Counted from the first letter of the stretch, positions 12,969 through 23,606 are shown. The stretch is 64,000 nucleotides of DNA from Octopus sinensis (GCF_006345805.1 NC_043012.1:27218001-27282000), one strand, 5' to 3'. A program made the numbers and translations. The notes: a model not told the origin generated them from the letters alone.

Positions 12969-13238
12969 TGTAGTGTGAAGAAGACACCAGAAAAAGAAGC
13001 AAACGGGAGAAAGAAATACAAAGACCTTACCTCTTGACCTAGGCGGAATGAGCGATCACTGTCAAGAAATAAACACATCCTTGCACGCTGCCGTCTCTGC
13101 TCAAATTGCCCACACGTGCTTCCTGCCCACGCATGCACCGTGGCTGTTCCATCGGCCCCTGCAGTCTTCACTTCCATCTACCTCATCTGCAATCTCTCCA
13201 CCAACACCACATAGCTCATCATAGTCCATAACACCACA
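12969..13238 (-). repeat. 3' LTR (270 bp, TG...CA)
   Basis: Minus strand begins TGTGGTG and ends CTACA; aligns to 16837-17064. Confidence 0.88.
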
Positions 13239-13252
13239 CGCCCCCCCCCCCC
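13239..13252 (-). other. Polypurine tract
   Basis: G12-CG on minus immediately 5' of the 3' LTR. Confidence 0.85.
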
Positions 13253-13356
13253 GATCTACAGATCATTCAACCCGCTTCCCACTCACTCCTCGCTCCCGAA
13301 CTCACACCTTAACTGGTTTCATAATCGGCCAACCAGGGAGGAGGGTGCCACTCCCT

Positions 13357-14265
13357 CTAGTCGCTGTGCAATCCCGGGACTGGCATGCTGCTGCTGGCTT
13401 CATCATCTTTCCTACTGTTGCTGTCTTCATCTTCTTGCTCACTGCTGCTGATTTTATCCTCTGAGGCATTGACAATCTTCTGCACATCCAAAACGTGGCA
13501 TGGCATACCTTCGACATAGACATCGTTCTTCGAATTGATGAAGGTTATTGTTCCCTTTCCCCATCGTGATGTACACCGTGCATTTGGGGGTTTTACCCAA
13601 ACTTCTACCCCAACCTGCATGAAGGCATGCTCTTCCTCTACCCCAGGTTGCATTGATGCAGTACACGGATGCCTCCACTCATACCTGAATATTGCCGTGT
13701 GGCACCGACTCTTCAGCCTGTCCTGACCTGGGTGACATATTGTACCAAAATATAGTCTCGATTGGTGAAATGTGGCCCCTCTCTGCCATGGTCTTGATGG
13801 TACTATGATGCCTTTCCACCACCCCATTTCCACTTGGCCAGTATGCCGCCCTGAAGAAACAGTTGACCTGCCACCCATCAAGCATTTCTTTCAGCACCTC
13901 TGAGTGAAATGCAGTGCCATTATCCAGAAACAGTTCATCCACGGGGCTTCGTTCCAGGAATATCTCATTCAATACTTTCACTATTTCCACTGCGGTCCCC
14001 GTCTTCAACTCCCTCCATATGGCCAACAGCCCTGGTCCGCAGTCATTGAGAGGTATGTTCCCTGCCGGTAGTGTGTTATGTCCACTGCCACTTGTTTCCA
14101 ATCGTGGTCCACTGGAATACTTCCCGCCTCATGTACACTCGGAGCAGGGTCGATGGACTGGCACCTGTCACAGCTGCTAACCACTCTCTGCACACTCCAT
14201 CTTGTTACATCAGTGTCAACTTTTCTGGCTAGGAACAACATCCTGTCCACCCCCATGTGATGCAT
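13357..14265 (-). pseudogene. Gypsy integrase remnant (frameshifted)
   Basis: HHMG...CDRC zinc finger; VDITHY; LFLDNGTAF; SGNGVVERHHSTIK (DDE core). Confidence 0.88.
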
Positions 14266-16188
14266 GAATATGCAATCTTCTCAACTCCAAGTCACTCAAA
14301 CAGCATACTGCAGCTGCATCCTGCTCCGCATCCTCTGGCACCTGCAACCAGGCTCGCTTTACCCTGGTCAGGACGTCTGCCCTGTTATTCTTGGAAGGCA
14401 CAAAGATCATGCTCAGCTTCAGATCGAATTCAGCGGTTAGTTCATGCAGTATCCCCAATCAACGCTTTACCAACATCTCTACGGCCCCTTTGGTTCACAC
14501 CCTCTGCTCATTGGTGATGACTGCTGTCACCCAACCAAGTACAGTGGCTGAATCGGTTCTGATTTCTATGGTGCACAGTCCCCACTTCAATGCTAGGTTC
14601 ACTCCCTTCAACACGGCATCCAACTCCGCTACATTGATATGATTGCAGTCATCCATTTTCCTGAGCCAGGCTGCATCTTACACCACGACGCCTCCAACTT
14701 TCAAGACAACTCCTATTGCGATGCTACTGGCATCACACCATACAATCCTGCTCTTTGATTTGGGAACATACCAACTGCCCCTCACTGAATCCTCTGCTCT
14801 CACTCTGATCAAGACTTCCTGTATCATGCCGGTCGTCTTCTCCCCCACTCAATCGTTCCACTTTGGTTCATCTCTTGATGAAGTTACATGCTGTCTGGAG
14901 CCATCCTGCAATTGGGTAGTGTCCCACCAGCTTCCCACACACCGAGAAAAGTTCCCATCTACTTGTGTTGCTGCCCAGTTCGGGGATCTCGTTCCCTCAC
15001 CAGAACACCAATGCGCCGGCCTTGTCTCTCCATAGCTTGAGGCCCAGTTCAGCGCCTCCCTCCATTGCCTCTGGTGGCTTGGCGATCAGTCCCAAACTCT
15101 TCAGGTGGCCTATGATCTCTGTTGCTGGAATTACGATTTCATCCACCAGAATGTCATCAATGTACGAATTGGTGGCCCTTTTTACTCTGTCCACCTTTCC
15201 CAGGATGGCCTTGAGAATTGTTGCCATAATCTTTGGCGCTGAATTTAGCCTGAACCCCAACCTGGTCAGACAGTATGTCCAGCTCTTATACCTGACAAGC
15301 TGATACGTCCAATCTCTCAGCCACATGCACCTGCAGGTATGCTGACTTCAAATTGACGATCATGGAGGCCCCTTTCATCTGCCTCCACTCTTGCAAGGTG
15401 TCCCCACAGACATCTGTGGCCTCGCTACCCGTATGACAATATACGTGGTCATTCAGCTCTCGGAAGTCAAGCACTGGCCTGACCTTATGCTTTGTGGGCT
15501 GTACCAGTGCCATCAATGGCAGGACTCCGCTCTCTACTTCTCCTTCCCAAGGGATCAATATACCCTCCTTAATCCACTGCTCCACCTCCTCCTCGAACTT
15601 ACTTCTGGCATCTCCTTTTAGAATATGCTGATAGCAGCCCACTTTATTTTCTAACATCGGGGGCTCTCCCTTCCAGTGCCACTCCACTGTCCACATCTGG
15701 CCATCGAAGTCCTGGTCTTCAATGGCGTGTGCAGTATACTTTTCACGGTTCTCACCAATGCACAGTCTCACCATACACGGTTTCCCCGCAAACCCGAATG
15801 TTACACCGGCCTCGTTGACAGTGATACCTCCTAAATGGGTGATTGCATCCATCCCCATCACCACATCAATCTCGTCCACCAAGTGGCCAACTACTGTTGC
15901 TCGCAGCGTCAGCTTTGTTCCCTGCACCACAATCTGCGCATCTGTAATGCCTTCACAGTGTACCTCTCTTCCGTCGACTGCTCTTACACTGCTTTCTCCA
16001 CTCCACATCTCTACCACTTCTGTACATCGTGACATCTTCCCCATCACCAGAATGTCGACTACAGGTAATGATGATAAACGCGCCTCTATTGATTCAAAGG
16101 GATAACTACCGGCGCAGTAGTCTCTCTTAGACTGTTTCCCTGCGGACGTTCGCTGGCTATATGCCCTGTTTCTTGACACTGGTAGCAA
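14216..16188 (-). pseudogene. Gypsy protease-RT-RNase H remnant (frameshifted)
   Basis: RPVLDFRELN, LKSAYLQV, RLGFRLNSAP, YIDDIL, NNRADVLTR. Confidence 0.88.
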
Positions 16189-16800
16189 ATGACCTCAGGC
16201 TTGGGTGACTTGGGTACCATGTGCGGGCCCTGACACCGGAAACACTGTCCCTTGAATGGTTGCACACGTTCCTTGTTTGACCCCTCTCTGCTACTCCTTG
16301 CTTGGCCACTTTTCGTTGTTGCAGTCACTGCTACCAGCATCGTCCTAGCATGCAAGCCTGAGATACAATGTCTGCCATCGCCATAGAGTTAATGTTTGGT
16401 AGCTTTTGCAACTCGACCGACATGTGGTCAGGAAGGCCAGTCACAAACGCTAACTTAACCATTCAGTCTAGTGATTCTCCCTCATATCCCGCCAGTTTAG
16501 CCAATCTTCTGAGATTGTTCGCAAATACATCAACCTGTTCGCCAGTCCACTTTGCTTTCCCTCTGCAAAGGTCTCCATCAAACGGATTTCTATTTTTTCT
16601 GCACTAAGTTGGTCCCTCTCTTCCATTTCTAGCTACAGCGCCAACGCCGAACCATCTAGGTACAGCGGTATAAAGCTCGCTAAGTCGCTTATACCGTGGA
16701 GCGTCGCAACCAACTTCATCTTCTTCAACCAAGCGACTACATCAGTGTCACCACAAAATGGTTTGACCATATTGTTCGAAATACGGACTACACTCATCAT
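16086..16800 (-). pseudogene. Gypsy gag remnant with two zinc knuckles
   Basis: ATG at 16800 (MMSVVRISNNMVKPFCGDTDVVAWLKK...); CFRCQGPH and CYQCQETGH motifs; internal stops. Confidence 0.85.
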
Positions 16801-16824
16801 TGGTTTTTTTTGTTGTTGTTATGG

Positions 16825-16836
16825 GCCGAAATAGCT
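16825..16836 (-). other. Putative atypical primer-binding site complementary to tRNA-Phe nt 1-12
   Basis: Element strand reads LTR-CA|AGCTATTTCGGC; its complement GCCGAAATAGCT equals the 5' end of metazoan tRNA-Phe(GAA) as recalled. Confidence 0.65.
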
Positions 16837-17064
16837 TGTAGTGTGATGGAGGAAGAAGGCAACAGAAAAAGAAGTAAAAGTGAGAAAGAAATACAAAGAC
16901 CTTACCTCTTGACCTAGGCGGAATGAGCGATCACTGTCAAGAAATAACCACGTCCTTGCATGCTGCCGTCTCTGCTCGAACTGCCCGCATGTGCTTCCTG
17001 CCCATGCATGCCCCATGGCTGTTCCACCAGACCCTGCAGTCTTCACTTCCATCTACCTCATCTG
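16837..17064 (-). repeat. 5' LTR, outer part missing (about 40 bp)
   Basis: Homology to the 3' LTR stops at ctacctcatctg, then mariner sequence follows. Confidence 0.85.
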
Positions 17065-17556
17065 TATGAAAATGATGTGCAAAAAACATCCTGGAGCTTG
17101 TGTAAGGATCCCCCAAAACAGCAATTAAAGACAAATATCCATGCTAAAAAAGCTATGCTTTGTGTTTGGTGAGATCATAAAGGCATTATTTACTATGAGC
17201 TTCTTCCACAAAACCAGACCATTAATTCTGATGTGCACTGTTTTCAGCTGGCTAATTTGAACCAAAAATCAAAGAATTGAGGCCAGAGATTGCCAAAAGA
17301 AAGGAGTTTTGTTCCAACTAGACAATGCCTGTTTGATTACCTGAACAAAGTTTCATGAACTTGGCTGGGATCTCTTACCCGATCCACCATATTCTTCTGA
17401 TATTGCACCAGCTGACTACCTCTTGTTTTTGTCTCTACAGAACTCATTGCAAAGAAAAACATTTAACAATTTAGATGGAGTCAAAATGCATCTAGATAAC
17501 TTTATTTATATCCCATTTTGCATATTAATGCTCAGAACTATCCGGACAACCTAATA
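17065..17556 (+). mobile_element. Mariner 3' half with right TIR
   Basis: KKAMLCVW, YYELLP, PPYSSDIAPADYLLF remnants; TIR gaactatccggacaacctaata next to (TA)n. Confidence 0.85.
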
Positions 17557-17560
17557 TATA

Positions 17561-17626
<66 letters not shown>

Positions 17627-17639
17627 GTATATAACACAC

Positions 17640-17940
17640 ATCATCATCATCATCATCATCATTTAACGTCCGCTTTCCATGCTAGCATGGGTTGGACGGT
17701 TCAACTGGGGTCTGGCAAGCCCGAAGGCTGCACCAGGCCAGTCAGATCTGGCAGTGTTTCTACAGCTGGATGCCCTTCCTAACGCCAACCACTCCGAGAG
17801 TGTAGTGGGTGATTTTATGTGCCACCGACACAGGTGCCAGACGAGGCTGGCGAACGGCCACGCTCGGATGGTGTTTTTTATGTGCCACCGACACTGGTAC
17901 CACAAAGATACAAATTCCATTGATGTTCATCTATTTTGAT
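17640..17940 (-). mobile_element. Young RTE 3'-UTR tail copy
   Basis: (cat)n tail; near identity to 60743-61230. Confidence 0.85.
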
Positions 17941-17998
17941 ATAAAGTAAAAAGTAAAAGAGTCAAAAGGAAGATTAAGTTCAGTTAGGCATCTTTTTA

Positions 17999-18120
17999 AT
18001 CGCTACAAATATTTCGATACATACAGATCCTCGCATATACAGGATTTAAAGTTAAGATTAAATTAAATTATGTAATGATTTACCTGTATAAGAAGATCTA
18101 TATGTATCTCCTCAGGCGAT
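17999..18120 (-). ncRNA. Type I hammerhead ribozyme fold (Penelope-associated type)
   Basis: Stem I AUCGC/GCGAU; core CUGAGGA (18115-18109); stem II about 15 bp with two G-U; GAAA (18015-18012); weak stem III; GUA site. Confidence 0.7.
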
Positions 18121-19074
18121 ACTCAGTTGCTGTCTTCATAAGTAAATCTAGATTTCCATGCTGCAACATCCATGGCTTCTTCTTTGAAACTAACAAACAC
18201 TCGGTATGAGTGTGTTATCACATTTGACATGAGCTGCAACGTTGTCTGTTTATTTATTCAGTTTCAGCATGTTATTCTGCACATGCCAAACTCTTCCATT
18301 ATGCAAAATACATTCATCCATTAGCTCATACTTATACAATCACTTACACACTGATATACCATACACCACTGAGTGTTTCCATAAATACACAGACATACAC
18401 ACACACACACATACACTCACATACATGCATATATATATATAAAATATATGTTCATATATTCAGATGCATATTCACCTACATATCAATAAACCCATTCACT
18501 TCTATACATAGATGCTTATACAATTATCTACTCATTTCCATGTACATAGTTATATCGTTGAATGCGCCATCATAAATACACACTCTTATACATAAGTGAA
18601 GGCAGTAAAAAATGGGTTTAGCTAGATAGAATGATAATAATTATAATTTATACATTGTTCCATCTGGAAAATGCATATTTGGCACAGTGGTTACATCTTG
18701 GAATTTTCTCATCATGTTTATTCCCTAGATTTTCATTACTCAGTAGAATACTCAGTGCTTCCTCAAGGCAAAGGTCATTTTTGACTCTTCTACTTTTTAA
18801 TTTTATTTTCACACACAGGAGAATATCTTAGACTAGAATTGGTAGCATACCATAAGAATACTACCGGCTATTTGGGAATTCTAAGGATGAATGAGCTCTA
18901 TTTATACTCTTATACATTCTTAACAAAGCACACCTCAACTATATATATATATATATATATACACACACATATATATATATATATAACATCTGTTTGTTGT
19001 TTACCCACCTGTCTTTGTCTTTTGTTTTTTTGTAAATTCTCACTACACACACACATAATTTTTAGAAAAACATA

Positions 19075-19700
19075 AATCTGGAGAAGCACACTCTAAGAAG
19101 TAGCGCAGTCTATATTTTTTCCTGGTGAAGGCCACTTTATGAGGTTACCCTGGGTTTCCTGTCCATAAAGGGTTTAACTTTATGGCGTATCGTCAAAGCC
19201 CAAGGTTTGTTGGCCTATGACCTCTTTAAAATATGGAGGGGAAACGTCTGGATTATCTCCCTTTGCCAATGGCTGTACTGCCATTGTTCAACTGTGAGAG
19301 TAAACAATCGGGGATTATCTCCCTCTCCCATTAGCTATCAGTTTCCAGCAGTTCCCAAAAGGCCAGCAGAAATCTCCTAAAGTGCAAACATGGCCCCAAA
19401 ATCTCCATTCTGGAGTTAATTATAGACTTGGCTCAATTGAGTCCCTTAGGATTTTTGCATGTTCGGCTATGCATAGCTTGCAGCATTTCATCCTGTTGAT
19501 GTAGGGGCCTGGGTTTCTGAGGATTTTCCATGAGATCAATTGTGGAATTCTGTGATCTTTTAGTTGCTAAATGTGGTTAACCAGCGATGTAACATATCTC
19601 CTTTCTGGGACTCTGAAGGAGGATCAATGGTTGGGAAATCATTTCTTGAATGAATTTCCAGTACAACCAATATATTTTTGTGGATGTGTGATGTCAGTGC
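19075..19700 (-). mobile_element. Penelope-like GIY-YIG endonuclease remnant
   Basis: KYIGCTGNSFKK..NH..SFR...SLVNHI...ISWKIL...CKLCIAE. Confidence 0.75.
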
Positions 19701-19799
19701 TGTACCTATTATTGTTGTTGCCACTGTTGCTGCTGCTGTCAATGTAGTTGTAGCTGCTGATGCTGTTGATTTGTTGTTGTAGCTGCCTCTGTTGATGTT

Positions 19800-20060
19800 G
19801 TTGCATCATCATCATCATCATCATCATCGTTTAACATCCGTTTTCCATGCTAGCATGGGTTGGACAGTTTGACTGGGATCTGGGAAGCCATAAGGCTGCA
19901 CCAGGCTCCAGTCTGATCTGGCAGTGTTTCTACAGCTGGATGCCCTCCCTAACAGCAACCACTCCGTGAGTGTAGTGGGTGCTTTTTTCGTGCCACTGGC
20001 ACAGGTGCCAGGCGAGGCTGGCAACGGCCATGATCGGATTGGTGCTTTTTACATGCCACC
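19800..20060 (-). mobile_element. RTE 3'-UTR tail copy
   Basis: (cat)n tail and conserved ggttgctgttagggagggcatccagctgtagaaac. Confidence 0.8.
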
Positions 20061-20081
20061 ATATATATATATTTATATATA

Positions 20082-20520
20082 TTGGGTTGTCAGGAAAGTT
20101 CGCATCGAGTTTTAGAGGAAAGAAAAAGGTCAATAAATACTTGCCATTACATTTTTAATCAACCAGATATAAACCACTTTGTTGCACAATGTGTCTCCAT
20201 CTTTCCTTTAACTTGAAAATACCCTCTTCCCAGAATTGAGGTGGTTTCATGGCAAAGAATTCATCAAGGTATCTTTTTACGTGATCCAAGGAATTGAAAT
20301 TTTTACTATTAAGACTATTCTGCAGAGATGTGAATAAGTTGAAATCTGAAGGAACAATATTTGGTGAATATGGAGGGTGGGGTAACACATCCCAGCCGTG
20401 CTGCAGCAATTTTTGTCTGGTTCCCAAAGAAACGTGCGGTCTTGCATTATCATGTTGGAAAACAATACCCTTCCTGTTGGCCAATTCTGGATGTTTCTCT
20501 TGAATTGCTAAATCCTTTGT
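20082..20520 (-). mobile_element. Mariner 3' fragment with TIR
   Basis: QHDNARPH, HPPYSPNIVPSDFNLF; TIR ttgggttgtcaggaaagttc next to (TA)n; resembles 17065-17556. Confidence 0.88.
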
Positions 20521-20989
20521 GGATGGGAAGCCCAGGTAACCCCATAAAATGGCCTTCATCAGGAAAAAAAAATATATATATATATATATATATGCAGAAT
20601 ATGTATATATATAAATATATATATATATATGTGTGTGTATATATATATGTATGTATGATTATTATAATTATTTGTTTGCCTCGTTTGTTTTCGTCATTGT
20701 CCTGTACATTCATTAGCTATTCCCAGTGGATTTTTGCAACTGGTGTCTCCAAGAGAGAATGGTTTTAACAACAACGGCATGAAACTATCATGATCTCTAG
20801 GATGTTGATTGACAAGGAATTAGCTACAAATTTTTCATGTGTTATGGTTTTGTTAAATTTTACATTTATGTTTTTATTAAATCCTTGAAATATTATTTAT
20901 GTAATGCAATGCACTCCTTATATTTTTTACCAATATATATGTGTCACAATCACATGTAACAACAAATTTTTCACTCATCTCACCCCAAG

Positions 20990-21945
20990 AAACATCTCTT
21001 TTAAACTGTGTCTTTCTCTTCTTCACATTTCCTCTACACAAACTATGATTGTCTCTCACACCCCCTCCCTGTCCTCACTGCCTTGCTCACTGTATCACTG
21101 CTTTCCCCCACCCCATTTTTATACCCAGGATTTTGCCAGTCACTGCAATCCCCACTCCTTTCTTGCGCCTTCTTAGCAATGCCTGACCACATATATTATG
21201 ACCTCCATACTTCTCCCTTCCTTACTATACCATCACATCTATGCTCTGATCCTTGTTACTTGTGAGTATACCATGGTACTTCACCATCTATCTACTGCTC
21301 TCTCTGCACTTTTACTATTTCCCACTCTCTCTCTCTTTCCTTTGCTCTTCCTGCTGGGTGAGTAGCCATGTAGCTCCTCTACTGAGGCATACTTGTTTCT
21401 GCCCTCATTCTTGATCATTCTCTCTCTCTTTTTCTTGCTTTTCTCTCTGACTAGGTAACCAAGTATCTCCTTTACATCAGCACATCTATTTCTGTCCTCT
21501 TTCTTGTACCTCTCTCTCTCTCTGGGCAACCATGTACCTACTATATAGCAAGATACCTGTTTCTGTCTCTCTGTCACACTAACCTTTCATCATCTGACAC
21601 AAATGCCCCTCCCCCTCCCAAAATTCCTTGTCTTGTGAGTTACTTGATGACCCTGCTAGTGCTGGTGCCATGTAAAAAGCATCCAGTCCACACTGTAAAG
21701 TGGTGGCCATTTGGAAGGGCATCCAGCTGTAAAAATCATGTCAAAACCAACCTCGCCTGTGCTAGTGCCATGTAAAAAGCATTGAGCCCACTCTGCAGAG
21801 TGGTTGGTTTTAGGAAGGGCATCCAACTGTAAAATCCCTGCCAAAACAGACACAGTAGCCTGGGGTAGTCTTCTACCTGGCTGGCTCCTGTTAACTGTTC
21901 TAACTATGCATGCATGGAAGACAGACGTTAACTGATGATGATGAT
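20990..21945 (+). mobile_element. RTE-type 3' UTR with pyrimidine-rich body
   Basis: Conserved tail ggaagggcatcca.ctgtaaaa present twice, ending in (gat)n. Confidence 0.65.
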
Positions 21946-21961
21946 ATATAAATATATATTA

Positions 21962-22235
21962 AGTAATATTTGTAGCCACTTTAACATGGCTGTCCATTTG
22001 AGTAGACTCTACTACAATTTTTTAACCCTAAGAGGACATCTCCTCTAGCTGGTTAACAATACACAACTGCATCTGATAAAATTGTGAGCAGGAGAGTGAA
22101 GCCCTACTAGCAATGGAACCAGCATACCAGTCCTAGTTTTGGGCTGTTTCTGCCACTCCTTAGTACTGGACACCTTGTCTGCTAAAGATTTACTCTTTAT
22201 TATGATAATAAATATCGGATATAGAGGACATTACA
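21962..22235 (+). repeat. Solo-LTR-like repeat (GTAAT...ATTACA, 274 bp)
   Basis: Short inverted termini; AATAAA at 22207-22212; second partial copy at 26626-26783 starts TGTAAT; no TSD seen. Confidence 0.4.
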
Positions 22236-22660
22236 AACAAAATGTGTTCATAAATGAGTTTTAAAAATATGATGACATATTAAAATATAATTAAACAATA
22301 TAATTAAAAATGTTTAAACCTTGGCTGGGAGGTCCACCAGCTACACTGTACTGCTTTACTATGGTTGATCTAGTGACTTAAGGTCATCAAAGAGACAAGT
22401 TTGTTTCCAGTTTGACCCTAGGTCACGTGCATTTATACACCCTAACTTAGTACTTACAATTTTAGTTTGGGGAGGAGCTGCACAAATTCAGCTTCCTCCC
22501 CATCCTTTTTCTTCTGTGATGTAGCCACTGGATTAACCATAAAACTTTGGCCACTCATTTCTTTGCTAAAGTGAGGTGGCATGTCTTTCATAGTTTAATA
22601 CACTTCAGCATTATAGTGAGTTTGCATTACTGTGGCAAGCACAAAGAAGTAAATATATGG

Positions 22661-23168
22661 TACAACGAAGTACCGATATTTACTGGAAATAGCGAACGTA
22701 ATAATACAACGCTAATGTATAGCTTCACCGCGTATGTACTAGCAAAAATGCGTGTGTGCAACAAACTAGAAAAAATTGTCTTACCTCCAGGGAGAATATC
22801 TAGTATTGCATTACTAATTTATTGAAACTTCTTCACCGTTCTCGTGCTGTTAGTGTTTCGGCGTTTCAGTCGAGTGTAATGGCATTAATGTGGTAACATC
22901 TGAAAGGTTGTCGTGGTATATGTTTAGCTGATGAAGATAGATCAAGTTTATGGGTGGCAGACATATCTTGAAAAATCTGAAACCTGCGCAGGTCCCACAT
23001 TATTCTTTTCCAGGTATTTCATCTTTCAGATGTTCTCCCTGGAGGTAAGACAATTTTTTCTAGTTTGTTGCACACACGCATTTTTGCTAGTACATACGCG
23101 GTGAAGCTATACATTAGCGTCGTATTATTACGTTCGCTATTTCCAGTAAATATTGGTACTTCGTTATA
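22661..23168. repeat. 141-bp inverted repeat pair with a 226-bp spacer
   Basis: Arms 22661-22801 and 23028-23168, only a few mismatches; TA at both outer ends. Confidence 0.92.
22920..23002 (+). ncRNA. Type I hammerhead ribozyme fold in the inverted-repeat spacer
   Basis: CUGAUGA 22928-22934; stem II AGAU/AUCU then UCAAG/CUUGA; GAAA 22979-22982; stem III ACCU-gcgc-AGGU; GUC at 22992-22994; stem I imperfect. Confidence 0.6.
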
Positions 23169-23203
23169 TAAATTAACTATGACTTAACCATCCTCTCACA
23201 CCA

Positions 23204-23253
23204 TCTCTGATGAAGGGATATAATTGATAAATATCCTGGAAACAGCTGTAAGA
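23204..23253 (+). ncRNA. Degenerate minimal type I hammerhead fold
   Basis: CUGAUGA 23207-23213; stem II GGAUAU/AUAUCC with extra A and G at its base; GAAA 23239-23242; palindromic ACAGCUGU; GUA site; only 3-bp stem I. Confidence 0.45.
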
Positions 23254-23399
23254 CCTTCTATCTATAAATGTTCTAAAATCTACTCAGCCTTGGGTTTTTT
23301 TATCACATTACGAAAATAATTATATACACACACACACACACATAATATAGGAGAGTATTGCAGTTCATCTGAAGCATTGTGTATTGTTTATAAAATATA

Positions 23400-23561
23400 A
23401 TGTGTCTTGAATGGCACAACAATGTACTATAATAACAACAATGAACTATAGTAAATGTTATAATTTAATTATCCATAATCTGATATAATAATTATTGTCA
23501 GACTATGGATAATTAAATTATAACATTGTTGTTATTATAGTGCATTGTTGTGCCATTCAAG

Positions 23562-23567
<6 letters not shown>
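23400..23567. repeat. 168-bp near-perfect hairpin/foldback
   Basis: About 70-bp arms, 14-nt loop, 14-bp insertion in the left arm. Confidence 0.88.

Positions 23568-23606
<39 letters not shown>

Larger units (their letters stand above)
12969..17064 (-). mobile_element. Ty3/gypsy LTR retrotransposon, degenerate, 5' LTR truncated
   Basis: Two direct LTR copies; domain order gag-PR-RT-RNaseH-IN on minus; PPT next to the 3' LTR; stops and frameshifts. Confidence 0.93.

Noticed and set aside
16822-16831. TGGGCCGAAA read as a conventional tRNA-Phe 3'-end PBS
   Set aside because: It is on the wrong strand for this element; the resemblance follows from acceptor-stem symmetry, and the match extends better (TAGCT) to the tRNA 5' end.
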